Of a DNA stretch of 64,000 nucleotides, positions 48,599 through 58,994 are shown piece after piece. The position numbers were made by a program, and so were the translations under genes. The first letter of the stretch is position 1. Every line of letters starts with the position of its first letter. The DNA comes from Candidatus Hydrogenedentota bacterium (GTDB taxonomy: Bacteria > Hydrogenedentota > Hydrogenedentia > Hydrogenedentales > SLHB01): contig BTWA01000012.1 of assembly GCA_045863295.1 (NCBI GenBank), positions 64,001 to 128,000 of the forward strand. The letters are read 5' to 3'. The notes under the pieces were generated by a model. That model was not told where the DNA came from. It did not search any database and saw only the letters and a program-made list of their open reading frames with translations.

Positions 48599-49483
48599 TC
48601 AATGAGCCTCCAACCGGCGCCACGCATCCGGAATGGCACCCACGATATCGCGGGCTATCATGCCACGTTCGGTCATACGCTCGGCGGCAATGTCGCCGGC
48701 CAGTCCATGTAGGTATACGCCTGCGATTCCAGCGTCTTCGACCGAAAGGCCTTGCGCGACAAGTCCGCCAATCAACCCGGCAAGAACGTCGCCGCTGCCG
48801 CCGGTGGCCATGCCGCTGTTCCCGGTGGGGTTGATCCAACAGCCGCCGGCCGGAGTCGCTACAATTGTTCTATGTCCCTTGAGTACCACAACGCATTTAT
48901 ACTCGCGTGCAAAGTCCACAGCTGTAGATTCCCGCCTCGACTGGACCGCTGCGACGGATGCGCCCGTAAGCCGCGCCATTTCCCCAGGGTGCGGCGTGAT
49001 GATGACCGGCGACTGGATCTGACGAAGTAGCGAAGTGGCCACGCTCACACAATTCAATCCATCCGCGTCTATGACCACCGGAACCGGACATCGTACAAGG
49101 AACGAATGGATGAATCGCCGCGTGTCGGCATGTTGGGAAATGCCCATTCCCACGACAACGGCATCCATGTCTTTGGCCCGGCCAATCGCTGGAGACGCCG
49201 CTTCGTCGGAAAACGATCCGTCGGCGTTTTCCGGAAGGCCGAATGTCATTGATTCCAGCGTGCCGGAAGCGATGATGGCGGCGGAACTCTCCGGCGCCCC
49301 CACGGTAACGAGACCTACCCCTGATCGGCCGGCTGATTCTGCCGCCAGACGTGCTGCACCAGTCATACCTCGGCTGCCTGCCAGAACAAACAAATGCCCG
49401 TACACACCCTTGTGTGCGTCAGGAAACCGTTTTGGAAGGCGCGGGACAATACTGTCTTTTGTCAGTTCATTTGCCATACCCAT
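48599..49483 (-). CDS. nnrD: ADP/ATP-dependent NAD(P)H-hydrate dehydratase (YjeF C-terminal domain only)
   Basis: HKG.YG, GAARLA, IDADGL, TPHPGE, LKG, GGSGDVLAG. Confidence 0.9.
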   Translation of the reverse strand: MGMANELTKDSIVPRLPKRFPDAHKGVYGHLFVLAGSRGMTGAARLAAESAGRSGVGLVTVGAPESSAAIIASGTLESMTFGLPENADGSFSDEAASPAIGRAKDMDAVVVGMGISQHADTRRFIHSFLVRCPVPVVIDADGLNCVSVATSLLRQIQSPVIITPHPGEMARLTGASVAAVQSRRESTAVDFAREYKCVVVLKGHRTIVATPAGGCWINPTGNSGMATGGSGDVLAGLIGGLVAQGLSVEDAGIAGVYLHGLAGDIAAERMTERGMIARDIVGAIPDAWRRLEAH

Positions 49484-49580
49484 GAATACCCCGGAGCAGA
49501 GAGACGTGCCTGCATCGTAAGGGGTGCCCATGGCACAATCAAGTTGCATTCCGTTATCTGCGAGTGCCAAAGTGCTTGAT

Positions 49581-50822
49581 ATGCAAGCAAACGGCACAGG
49601 TACCCCGAATAGGGCTGCAAACGCGGCGATTGCCACTCTATGTCCGCATTTTGGAGAATGTGGCGGTTGCCAGATGCAAGAATTGCCCTACGAAAATCAG
49701 TTGGGCCGCAAACAGCAGGCACTCGAGGCCCTGTTGTCTGGGTTCTGGGACGGCGGAATAGACATAATCCCATCACCAGCAATCTGGCATTATCGAAACA
49801 AAGTCGATCCCGCGTTTGACCGCATGCACTATCCCGAAGCGCCTCCAAAGGATTTCGTGAGAGATACTGCCCTCGGGTTCAGGCGCAAAAATCGTTGGAA
49901 CATTACGCTCGACATTCAAACTTGCCGCATTGGACCGGAAGGGTTGGATGAGCTCATGAGAGCGGTGAGAGTCTGGTACAGGAAAAATCAATTGCGCCCC
50001 TTCAACGCAAGATCCGGGCAGGGATACCTGCGGTTTCTTGTTGTGCGTGATGGCAAGCGCACCGGACAGAAAATGGTGGTCCTCATTACGGCCCCCGGCC
50101 AAACTCCGGGCGATGGCTTCGTTGAGGCGGTGCAATCTTCATTTAACCCGACTTCAATCATCTGGGGCACGAACGCAGCAAAGGCGGAAGTCGCCATTGC
50201 CGACTCATTCACCGTGCTGTCCGGCGAACCGTCTATCGACGAGGAGTTACATATACCAGACGTACTCGGGGAGGTGAAGTTGAAATTCTCTCTCTCTCCG
50301 TTCAGTTTCTTTCAGACCAATTCCCTTGGCGCGGAGCTATTGTACGGGATCATTCGAAAGTGGGTTCGAGATGCAAACGCTGGATTTCTGTATGACCTCT
50401 ACGGCGGTTCAGGAGCCATTGGATTGGCATGCGCCGATATTGTTGAGGAAATCGTGACTGTGGAAAGTGTGGCTTCCGCATCCTCCGATGGACAAGTAAA
50501 CGCAAAAACGAACATGGTTCAAAACATGCGGTTCGTCAGGCAGGAAGTGGAGCACTATTTGCGGCAACCCAACGGCGAAAGCCTGATTCCGGATGCAGTC
50601 GCCGTACTCGATCCGCCGCGCGCGGGACTGCACCCCAAAGCCCTCGCCGCATTTCTGGATTGGAGACCGCGGGAAGCAATCTACGTGTCATGCAATCCCG
50701 AAGCGTTTGCGCGTGAACTTCCCGCCTTTCTGCACCAGTATCAAATTAAAGATGTTGCCGCGGTCGACATGTTTCCGCACACTCGCCACGTGGAACTGTT
50801 GGCAAGATTAGCTCGCAAGTAG
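49581..50822 (+). CDS. rlmD: 23S rRNA (uracil-5)-methyltransferase RlmD/RumA family
   Basis: CPHFGECGGC, YRNK, FFQTN, LDPPRAG, YVSCNP, DMFPHT.HVE; start uncertain. Confidence 0.88.
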   Translation: MQANGTGTPNRAANAAIATLCPHFGECGGCQMQELPYENQLGRKQQALEALLSGFWDGGIDIIPSPAIWHYRNKVDPAFDRMHYPEAPPKDFVRDTALGFRRKNRWNITLDIQTCRIGPEGLDELMRAVRVWYRKNQLRPFNARSGQGYLRFLVVRDGKRTGQKMVVLITAPGQTPGDGFVEAVQSSFNPTSIIWGTNAAKAEVAIADSFTVLSGEPSIDEELHIPDVLGEVKLKFSLSPFSFFQTNSLGAELLYGIIRKWVRDANAGFLYDLYGGSGAIGLACADIVEEIVTVESVASASSDGQVNAKTNMVQNMRFVRQEVEHYLRQPNGESLIPDAVAVLDPPRAGLHPKALAAFLDWRPREAIYVSCNPEAFARELPAFLHQYQIKDVAAVDMFPHTRHVELLARLARK

Positions 50823-50835
50823 CCCAGACGCACAG

Positions 50836-51570
50836 TCAAAGCCGGAAGCCGCATTGCGCAAGCGCCTCGTCGGCCAACCTGTCCCACCCCCGATTCGAGG
50901 CCGGACTTGCTGGGCTCGGATGGGGCATTACACCAATGCATACATCCGATTGAATGAGCGCCTCCGTGGCACGCTTGCGGGCAAATTGCCCCACACCAAT
51001 GACATACTTCGGATTCAGTACCGCGATCATTTGGCGTAAGGCTTCGTCGCACATCGCAGTCAACGCACGGCGTTCTTCCACAGGCAGTCTATCGGGAGTA
51101 AAGTTTTTCCCGCTCGTTTCGATAAAGGCCAGAGGACAGTAGTTCATAACAAAGAACCGTTCAAAAAAACGGTCCGGAGTGTGAAATCGAGCGCGAGCCC
51201 AGCCCCAAAGCCGGCTGCCGCTCACCTCACGGCGCCCGCAGTTAAATCCCTCCACCGGACGCTTCGGATGCTCTGGACGGGGCTTTTGCACCTCCGCTTC
51301 AATGCACAACCATTCGCGCACCAGCACTACGTCGCCAAACGGGATCCCCGTTTGAGCCATGCCAAAAGGCCCCGGATTCATGCCCAGTAGTACCGCTTCT
51401 TTTTCCCCGGCCCCGTAGCGTTCAAGATACTGTCGATGCGCCTCCCAGGCATATTGCAGGGGGTTGTACACATACGCCACCGGTTCACCAAAGCTAAGAC
51501 GGTCCATATTGCAGGCGAGAAGGCGGCTTATCGAAACCAGATTGGAGGCGGAATTCCTCGGCGGGCTCAT
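50836..51570 (-). CDS. SMUG1-type (family 3) uracil-DNA glycosylase
   Basis: GMNPGPFGMAQTGIPFG, EVSG.RLW, NYCPL, HPSP. Confidence 0.92.
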   Translation of the reverse strand: MSPPRNSASNLVSISRLLACNMDRLSFGEPVAYVYNPLQYAWEAHRQYLERYGAGEKEAVLLGMNPGPFGMAQTGIPFGDVVLVREWLCIEAEVQKPRPEHPKRPVEGFNCGRREVSGSRLWGWARARFHTPDRFFERFFVMNYCPLAFIETSGKNFTPDRLPVEERRALTAMCDEALRQMIAVLNPKYVIGVGQFARKRATEALIQSDVCIGVMPHPSPASPASNRGWDRLADEALAQCGFRL

Positions 51571-51660
51571 GATCCTCCTTCGGCGTCAGTTCTGGGCATA
51601 CTCTCAATCCAGTAGGTTTCAATCCTTCGTACTGCCATGAGCTACGATTTCGAATAGACA

Positions 51661-51702
51661 AAGAATACGGGCGGGAATCGGAGACTACTTGATTCCCGTC
51701 CG
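51661..51702 (-). terminator. Putative terminator downstream of the aminotransferase
   Basis: 12-bp imperfect stem CGG(A)CGGGAATC/GATTCCCG(C)CCG followed by TATTCTT on the minus strand. Confidence 0.5.
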
Positions 51703-51800
51703 CATTAGATAAATTCGGTTCAAGAGAGAACGAAGATTATTCCAATGGTGACCTCGTAACCATGAAGCGGGATCGAGCTCTGAGAAATATCCTGTCCTCT

Positions 51801-53009
51801 TTAGGAGCGAAGCTCGGAGACGTTATCCTTCACCTTTTGAATGATGCGAATTACGTCCTGCATGTCCGACTCCGACGTCAGAAGAATCGAATGGTGAAAC
51901 CACATGCCGCTTTTGTAACAAAGGTCTTCCGTCACAGGACAGTGGACCATGGAGTAATCAAAACCCTTCACCTGTTTCATAAATGGCTGCTTGTAGAGCG
52001 GCACCGGATATCCTGCTCCTATGGGAAGACCCTCGGCCTTGCACGCCTCGCAGAATTTCTCTCGGCTGCAACCAAAAGCCACCTCATCGATCCGGAGAGG
52101 GTAGAGGTGGTAGGCCCGGCGTGTCATGCCGGGGTTGCCGGGTTGTGGGGTAATCCCCTCGATCTGGCTCAGTGCCTGCGTCAGAATCGTGGCGTTCTTG
52201 GCTCTCACGTGCAGTTGCTCTACAAGCCGGGTCAATTGACCCGAGAGAACGGCCCCTTGGAACTCCGTAAGGCGCGCATTTGTACCCAAGTGCCTGTGTT
52301 CGTACCACACCCCGCCTTCCCAACGGCCGCAGTTCGTCATCGATCGGCAAATATCCGCAAAATCCTTGTCATTGGTTACAATGGCGCCGCCCTCCGCGGC
52401 AGAGATGTTTTTCGACTGTTGAAAGCTGAAAACACCCGCTTTACCCAGTGTACCCGTGCCCTTGCCTTGCCATTGGCTACCCCACGAATGACACGCATCC
52501 TCGAAGAACAGTATGCCGTGCTTGTCCGCTACAGCCTGTACAGCCGCTACATCGCATACCGAACTGCCGAAGTGTACAGGCATTATTGCCTTGGTGCGCG
52601 GCGTGATCGCGGCCTCAATCAACGCCGGATTCAGGCACCAGGTATGATCTACATCCACAAATACAGGAGTTGCACCGACCCGTGCCACTGCGCTGGCCGT
52701 CGCATAAAAGGTATAGGGAGGTACGATTACTTCATCACCCGCACCGATTCCCGCCGCTTGAAGTATAATCTCCAGCGCTGTCGTCCCGCTTGTGCAGGAT
52801 ACGCAATAGAGCCCCCCTTGGACAGCCGCATACTCGGCCTCAAACGACTTGACATGTTTGCCGTACCACCAATCGCCGGACTCGAACACTTCGTACAAGC
52901 GGTTCCGCTCGGCATCGTCGAAAATGGGCCATTTCGGCCACGATTTGCTGGCTGGCCGGACAGGGTCGCCTCCCAAAAGGGCAAGCTTCTCATTGGCTAC
53001 TATTGACAT
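51801..53009 (-). CDS. DegT/DnrJ/EryC1/StrS PLP aminotransferase (AHBA-synthase-like subgroup)
   Basis: LALLGG.P..WPKWP, SGTTAL, EDACHSWG, FSFQQSKN...EGG, NARLTEFQGA. Confidence 0.88.
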   Translation of the reverse strand: MSIVANEKLALLGGDPVRPASKSWPKWPIFDDAERNRLYEVFESGDWWYGKHVKSFEAEYAAVQGGLYCVSCTSGTTALEIILQAAGIGAGDEVIVPPYTFYATASAVARVGATPVFVDVDHTWCLNPALIEAAITPRTKAIMPVHFGSSVCDVAAVQAVADKHGILFFEDACHSWGSQWQGKGTGTLGKAGVFSFQQSKNISAAEGGAIVTNDKDFADICRSMTNCGRWEGGVWYEHRHLGTNARLTEFQGAVLSGQLTRLVEQLHVRAKNATILTQALSQIEGITPQPGNPGMTRRAYHLYPLRIDEVAFGCSREKFCEACKAEGLPIGAGYPVPLYKQPFMKQVKGFDYSMVHCPVTEDLCYKSGMWFHHSILLTSESDMQDVIRIIQKVKDNVSELRS

Positions 53010-53119
53010 GGATGTACTCTCCAAATGGGTTAATAACAGGGCTCATATTCTACAGTCCGCCCAATAGAGAATTCCATTCGTCCGAGACGACGAAATCGCG
53101 ATGTTCTATTTCCGGACGG

Positions 53120-54268
53120 CTATCTGGCCGGCGCGGCGCGTAGCGATGATGGCATTCCCGGCGTCTTTACACGTACCCCAGTATCTGTGACCAATCCGTT
53201 CGTCACTTCAAATATCCAAATCTCACGCGCGGGGTGACACTGCACAAGAACGAACCGGCCATCGGACGTAAACGCAACGCCTTCCGGGATCGCGCCCGTA
53301 GGCACGACCTGTACCTTCTCAAATGTCCGGCCTCGACGCGCCAACAATACAAGTTCACCATTCTTACTCAGGCCCGGAGTGCCCGGGGCAAGGTTTGAAC
53401 CCGCCATCATGACCGCCGCCAAAAGTTTGCCATCTGGACTCAGTTCAATGGACTCGGGCACCGACCCAATTTCAACAAATTCCGTGACTCGAGGCGGCTC
53501 TGCCCTGAGGTCGACGACACTCAGTGCATCCATGTCAGGGAAACCATATCCGGTCCCGCCCGTCAATGCCAGTTCACCGTCCGGCGTGATGAGACAGCGG
53601 TACGGCTCGCCAAACACGGAGAACTTTCTCTCCGTCGGCACCAAATGACCGCCTTCTATGCGGATCAGCGCTAGAAATCGTCCCTTTTGAACGCTCGCAA
53701 TAGCGAAGCGGCCGTCCGGGCTGATCGCCACGTCCGACACGCTCTCTTCTGGCTTGCACACGCTCACCGTCTCTTTCACCGATACGTTTTTGCCGTTTAT
53801 CGCCAACAAGGAAAGTGTGCCGGCCGCGCGGTTGGCCACGATTGCAAAGTTTCCATCCCGGCTGATTGAAATGCCGGAGGGCTGTTGATCACTGTGAATA
53901 GTCTCGATTACCTTCGGCTCCGCCTGTGTCAAGTCGAGTACATGAATCACATCAGAGGGAATGTATCCAGTATCTGATTGCACGTCTGCCTTGATGGAAT
54001 CGCATATGAGGGCAATCGAGCCATCCGGAACAATCGCGATATTCGATGGCGGACCGATTACGCTGTTGCTGATTCCTTCCACATGCCTCACAGATGGCGG
54101 ATACGACGAAAAATCCAGAAGCGTAATGGAGTCCGGAGCGGCATTCGGCACAGCGCGAGGCTTACCGCTCGTAAGGTCGATTTTGTTCTCGTTGCCCGAC
54201 AATACCAACTGAGCATCAGAAGATGCGATAACTGCACAAGCGACTATTATAAACGGTAGTTTGCTCAT
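53120..54268 (-). CDS. Secreted YncE/lactonase-like beta-propeller
   Basis: Signal peptide; repeats P..IAI.PDG, ISRDG, ISPDG, ITPDG, LSPDG, FTSDG. Confidence 0.78.
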   Translation of the reverse strand: MSKLPFIIVACAVIASSDAQLVLSGNENKIDLTSGKPRAVPNAAPDSITLLDFSSYPPSVRHVEGISNSVIGPPSNIAIVPDGSIALICDSIKADVQSDTGYIPSDVIHVLDLTQAEPKVIETIHSDQQPSGISISRDGNFAIVANRAAGTLSLLAINGKNVSVKETVSVCKPEESVSDVAISPDGRFAIASVQKGRFLALIRIEGGHLVPTERKFSVFGEPYRCLITPDGELALTGGTGYGFPDMDALSVVDLRAEPPRVTEFVEIGSVPESIELSPDGKLLAAVMMAGSNLAPGTPGLSKNGELVLLARRGRTFEKVQVVPTGAIPEGVAFTSDGRFVLVQCHPAREIWIFEVTNGLVTDTGVRVKTPGMPSSLRAAPAR

Positions 54269-54422
54269 ACTTGGTCCCCTGAGTTGTACCCACACCATCC
54301 TACTCAAGCCATGACCTCGTGACAACACGCTGGTCGTCTGCAATCTCCACCTCCACGTGGTTCAAGGTCTCTCACATATGCTACGATCCAGGAACTAGCG
54401 AGATACGTCTCAAGGAGTGTGC

Positions 54423-55790
54423 ATGTCCTCAGAATCGATGCCATGGGTGGATCGCCCAAAGGTGATTCCAGGCCCCAAACGCCTGTTTCCGCCAATGAAT
54501 CTTCGTGATCTCGCAAAAGACACGTTCGGGTATCTGACCCATCTCAGAGAAACGTACGGACCTATCTCGGTGATATCCACCGGCGTACTAAACATTTACT
54601 TCATGAATGACCCGGAAATCATCCGGGAAGTTCTGGTTACCAAAGACGCTGACTTCCAAAAAGGCCTCAGTTTCCGCGTAGCTAAGCGCTTATTGGGCGA
54701 CGGTCTACTTACCAGCGAGGGCGAGTTTCACCGGCAGCAGAGGAGACTCGCACAGCCCGCATTCCATCGGCAGCGTATTGCCAACTACGCCATGATTATG
54801 GAAAATTACGCCCGGGCAAAAGCGGAATCCTGGTCCAACGGTGACATCGTAGACATGGACCTGGAAATGATGAAACTCACCCTCTCGGTGGTTGCAAAGA
54901 CGCTCTTCGATGCAAATGTCGAAGAAGAGGCGAGAGCTGTCGGTGATGCACTCTCAGCGGCAATGGTGATATTCGATCGTACGGCATGGCCCATGGAACC
55001 ACTGGTTCACCGGTTGCCACTTGAGTCGAACCGTCGATTCAACAAGGGAAAGCAGGACCTCGACAACATTGTATACCGGATTATTCGCGAACGGCGCGCC
55101 AGCGGGGAAGACCGGGGCGATCTCCTTTCCATGCTCCTCGCAGCACAAGACGAAGACGATGGCCACAGCATGACGGACCTGCAAGTGCGTGATGAGGCAG
55201 TCACCATTTTTCTTGCCGGCCATGAAACCACTGCCAACATCCTCGGTTGGACCTGGTACAACATTGCGCGCAATCCCGAAGTCGAAGCCCGAATTCACAC
55301 CGAAGTCGATGCGGTCATACCCAAAGGGTTGCCAGCGTTCGAAGCATTTGCACAACTACCCTATACCCGCGATGTCTTCAGCGAAGCGTTGCGCATGTAT
55401 CCGCCGGTTTACTTGGTCGGCCGCCAGGCGATGCGCACCACAACCGTTGGCCCTTACCGGATACCCAAATGGTCCATCATTCTCATCAGCCAGTTTTTTA
55501 TGCACCGCGATCCCCGGTTCTGGGATCGCCCGAACGAATTCGAACCGTCCAGATGGACCGATACCATGCGCGAGAGGCTTCCAAAATTTGCCTATTTCCC
55601 GTTTGGCGGCGGACAACGCTTCTGCCTGGGCGATCAGTTCGCCTGGATGGAAGGCGTCCTCATTCTCGCCATACTCGCACACAAATGGAAAATGCGCCTT
55701 GTTGACAGTGCACCCATCGAACCCCACCCACAGGTTACGCTACGCCCGTCCAAGCCAATTCGTATGCAGCTTGAGGCACGCAACCCCTGA
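54423..55790 (+). CDS. Cytochrome P450
   Basis: AGHETT, EALRMYPP, FPFGGGQRFCLG; AAGGAG RBS. Confidence 0.95.
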   Translation: MSSESMPWVDRPKVIPGPKRLFPPMNLRDLAKDTFGYLTHLRETYGPISVISTGVLNIYFMNDPEIIREVLVTKDADFQKGLSFRVAKRLLGDGLLTSEGEFHRQQRRLAQPAFHRQRIANYAMIMENYARAKAESWSNGDIVDMDLEMMKLTLSVVAKTLFDANVEEEARAVGDALSAAMVIFDRTAWPMEPLVHRLPLESNRRFNKGKQDLDNIVYRIIRERRASGEDRGDLLSMLLAAQDEDDGHSMTDLQVRDEAVTIFLAGHETTANILGWTWYNIARNPEVEARIHTEVDAVIPKGLPAFEAFAQLPYTRDVFSEALRMYPPVYLVGRQAMRTTTVGPYRIPKWSIILISQFFMHRDPRFWDRPNEFEPSRWTDTMRERLPKFAYFPFGGGQRFCLGDQFAWMEGVLILAILAHKWKMRLVDSAPIEPHPQVTLRPSKPIRMQLEARNP

Positions 55791-56083
55791 TCCAGTAGAT
55801 TCGCGCAAAGCGGTGCACGATGAAATGGGGCACCTCAAGCCATAACACGTCTGACTAAAATAGGGCCGTCGAATGCCGAACCTCGCGTTCCGGCTCCGAG
55901 AAGACCTTTCGAACCGCCGCTGCCAAATCGCCAAAGGCTATGGGTTTCAAGAGTAGAGCAGGATAAAGCCAGTATTGTTCCATTCCAACTATTGTGGACA
56001 GGAATTTGCCGGGTTGACGCGTATTCATGAAAAGTATTCCTCACTGACGTCCATTTGAGACGACAGGAATTCGATGATTACGT

Positions 56084-58108
56084 CTAGAAATCCGCCAGAC
56101 CGTTTCCGTTCAGCGAGGACATGGGGTCGGAACTGTCTCCACCGGTATGAGCGGGGATCAGCGAAAGGCCGTTACCCGCTGCTGACTTAAATGTAAGTGT
56201 TTTCTTGGAGACAGGAGCCATCCGTTGCACACGCACGCTGTCGCAAATGGGTTCTTCCGAGTCATCCCGGTGGTGTAAGTGGGATGTTTCACCACCCACG
56301 AGTGAAAGCAATGTGGAAGCTACACCCGCGAGCTTTCCAGCCTCAGAAGACGGTATCTCACTGGCCAATGCAGTCTCCTCGGAGTTGGCCGCGTTGCTTT
56401 GAGTAACGTGGTCGATCTGCGAGACGGCCGTGTTGATCTGCTCGATTCCCACGGAAGTCTCCTTGGATGCCGCGGCAATTTCCGCGATCAACTGCGCTAC
56501 GGAAGAGGCACTGGATTGTATGTTCGCAAACGCTTCGGTTACTGTCTCGCTCACTGCGACCCCGTGATGGGCACTCTTTTGAGATTGCTCCAAAAGCGCT
56601 GCGGTGTTCTTCGCCGCCTCTGCACTCCGTTGCGCGAGGTCCCTTACCTCATGGGCTACCACGGCAAATCCTTTGCCTGCGTCGCCCGCACGGGCGGCTT
56701 CCACGGCGGCATTGAGTGCCAACAGGTTTGTTTGAAACGCGATATCATCGATCGATTTTACAATCTTGGCCGTCTTATCGGCCGATTGTTTAATCTCGCC
56801 AATGGCGGAAGACAGCAGGTGTATCGATTCATTCCCATCGGCAATCAATTTCTTGGCTTTGTCCATGAGACGGTCGGCCTCAGCGGCATGGTCCGCATTC
56901 TGGCGCGTCATGGAAGCCATTTCCTCCAACGACGCCGAGGTCTCCTCCAACGACGACGCCTGCTCCGAGGCCCCTTCCGCAAGATACCGGCTCGACTCGG
57001 CTATCTGATCCGCAGCCGCATCTACTTGACGGGATCCATCCGAAAGGGCGGTCACGGCACTGTGCAAGGGCCGGGCGATGCCGCGAACAACGGCGTATAC
57101 CGCTGACAAGAGGACGAGCAACATTACCAATCCAATCCCAATAGTGGTCCACATGATCCCGTGTGCCTTGGCCAATACCTTTTCAAAGGGGGCAACCACG
57201 GCAAAGGACCATGGCGTGGTAGTGTCGCCAATGTGAATCGGAACATAGGACACGTAACTCGGTTCGCCCGTCAGTACGGACGCAATCTGCCCCTGGATTT
57301 CTCGGCCTCCACGTACAGCCTCGACAATGTCGTCTGTCGCGCCATACGCCTTCATATTCTGACCCGCAAGCTCGGTCTTCGGATGTCCCACAAACGTACC
57401 GTCGTTCGCTACCAAAAACGCATACCCTGTGTCATAAGGCTTAATCTCACCCACCAGGGCCGACATTTTCGTCAGTACAAGATCAATACCGACAACACCC
57501 ACCACCCGGTCACTTTCAAGGATCGGCACGCAAACACTGGTCATTAGACTGTTATCAGCGTCCGGTTCTACATAGGGCGACATGATGCACTCATTGCGAG
57601 TCTCTTTTGGGATCACGTAGTAGTCTTCCGCTAGATACTCCGCATAGGATCCAGTACTGCCGGTCAGCGTTATGCTATCGCCTTCGCGTTTCGCGTAGGG
57701 CATGAAACCCCCTTCTTCGCCATACTCCTCGCTGCCGGCAAAATGGGCATCTTTTCCATCAAATTGGTTCGGCTCGAATTGTACCCACGCTCCGAAGTAG
57801 AACTCCTTGGATGCGACGACGTTGGAAAGCGCGTCCAAATAGCTCTGCCGGTCGATGGTTTCGCGTCGGCCAATTGCCCCTTCAAATACATTGCCTAGCG
57901 CACGGGCGGCTGACAGGGCATCCGTAAGTTCCGTCGCAATCCGTTGCCCATTATGAAAAGCGATCTCGCGCGTCTTCTCGTACGCCTCCGCCCGCAACAC
58001 GGTGCGCGCTCGGAAAGACACAAACCCGATCATAAGGCTCGTACCAACAATTGCCACACCGGAAAGCTGCAACAATGTCCGAAACTCCAAACGCATTTCC
58101 TTAAGCAT
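56084..58108 (-). CDS. Methyl-accepting chemotaxis protein with dCache sensor
   Basis: Two TMs flanking a Cache-like domain (YY.IP...PY); [33 protein letters not shown]. Confidence 0.93.
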   Translation of the reverse strand: MLKEMRLEFRTLLQLSGVAIVGTSLMIGFVSFRARTVLRAEAYEKTREIAFHNGQRIATELTDALSAARALGNVFEGAIGRRETIDRQSYLDALSNVVASKEFYFGAWVQFEPNQFDGKDAHFAGSEEYGEEGGFMPYAKREGDSITLTGSTGSYAEYLAEDYYVIPKETRNECIMSPYVEPDADNSLMTSVCVPILESDRVVGVVGIDLVLTKMSALVGEIKPYDTGYAFLVANDGTFVGHPKTELAGQNMKAYGATDDIVEAVRGGREIQGQIASVLTGEPSYVSYVPIHIGDTTTPWSFAVVAPFEKVLAKAHGIMWTTIGIGLVMLLVLLSAVYAVVRGIARPLHSAVTALSDGSRQVDAAADQIAESSRYLAEGASEQASSLEETSASLEEMASMTRQNADHAAEADRLMDKAKKLIADGNESIHLLSSAIGEIKQSADKTAKIVKSIDDIAFQTNLLALNAAVEAARAGDAGKGFAVVAHEVRDLAQRSAEAAKNTAALLEQSQKSAHHGVAVSETVTEAFANIQSSASSVAQLIAEIAAASKETSVGIEQINTAVSQIDHVTQSNAANSEETALASEIPSSEAGKLAGVASTLLSLVGGETSHLHHRDDSEEPICDSVRVQRMAPVSKKTLTFKSAAGNGLSLIPAHTGGDSSDPMSSLNGNGLADF

Positions 58109-58286
58109 GGCCCGTCCCCTTAATTCCTGGTAGTGCTACTGGCATCCAATTGACTAGCCGAATAGACGCACACCGGTTCCCAATGTACATAGCTGCTTTC
58201 CGGTACCACCCGCACTCGACTTGATCGCGGATTTACCGGGGTACAGTCGCCGGCACTACAGCCGGCTCAGACATCAGTGATGGAAC

Positions 58287-58303
58287 AGCAGCTTTCGTGC
58301 CAG
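58287..58303 (-). promoter_or_regulatory. Putative sigma54 promoter of the MCP gene
   Basis: Minus strand CTGGCACGAAAGCTGCT, GG-N10-GC. Confidence 0.65.
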
Positions 58304-58475
58304 AATGCACAATTCAGCGTAAGGTGCTTTGTGGCAATGACTTGAGGAAATACAGTCCGCCCGAATCAAAGCGAAAGGGGTGTAAAAAAACTTGTCGCTA
58401 GAGAAAGATACGTTTACAAATATCCGGCCTCGATCCGACTTGTCGCCTGAAAACCTCTGCAACCGAAGCGCAGGT

Positions 58476-58994
58476 TCACGGAACGACGCCCGGTCGCCGC
58501 TCGCGGAGCGTAATCGCCTGACGGCTCATGCCCAGAAGGGATGCCGCAAGAGTCTTGTTCCCGCCGGTTCGCTTCAGCGCTTCCGCAATTAACTGATCTT
58601 TGACCTCTTCCATGGTGGGGAGTTTCGCCCCAAACGCCAGACGCTCCCCGTTGCGTGGGACCGTGCCGCGTGGAACAGAATGTGAGGTGGAAGAAGGACG
58701 ATTCAAGATGCGTTCTTTGAACACATCCATGGAAAGTACCGGCGTCTTGTTCAGACTCACCGCGTCATAGACCATTCCATGCAATTCGCGTACGTTTCCA
58801 GGATAGTCGTATGAAGTCAGTAGAGAGATAAGTTCCATCGGGCAATGAGGTACTTTCTTGTCAAGTTGAAGGGACGCTTCCGCAAGAAAATGCGCCAGAA
58901 GGATCGGAACGTCGTCAAGGCGTTCACGTAACGGAGGTATGGAAATGCGGTGGGTCGACAAGCGGTAATAGAGGTCCTTGCGAAACTGTCCGGA
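58476..58994 (-). pseudogene. 3' remnant of an NtrC-family sigma54 enhancer-binding protein (end of AAA+ and Fis HTH)
   Basis: Reads SGQFRKDLYYRL..IPPLRER.DD, YDYPGNVREL, ALKRTGGNKTLAASLLGMSR; in-frame TGA just upstream; no REC, Walker A or GAFTGA. Confidence 0.85.

Noticed and set aside
49531..49548. TGGCAC...TTGCA sigma54-like motif before rlmD
   Set aside because: GG-to-GC spacing is 12, not the required 10
50836..51570. SMUG1 glycosylase as a eukaryote-to-bacterium transfer
   Set aside because: Bacterial SMUG1-family enzymes are already known; nothing anomalous in context
51762..53006. 414-aa plus-strand ORF
   Set aside because: Lies almost entirely antisense to the DegT-family aminotransferase; no motifs
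58109..58280. Possible c-di-GMP riboswitch in the MCP leader
   Set aside because: Could not find the GEMM core elements in the right order by eye; needs an Infernal scan
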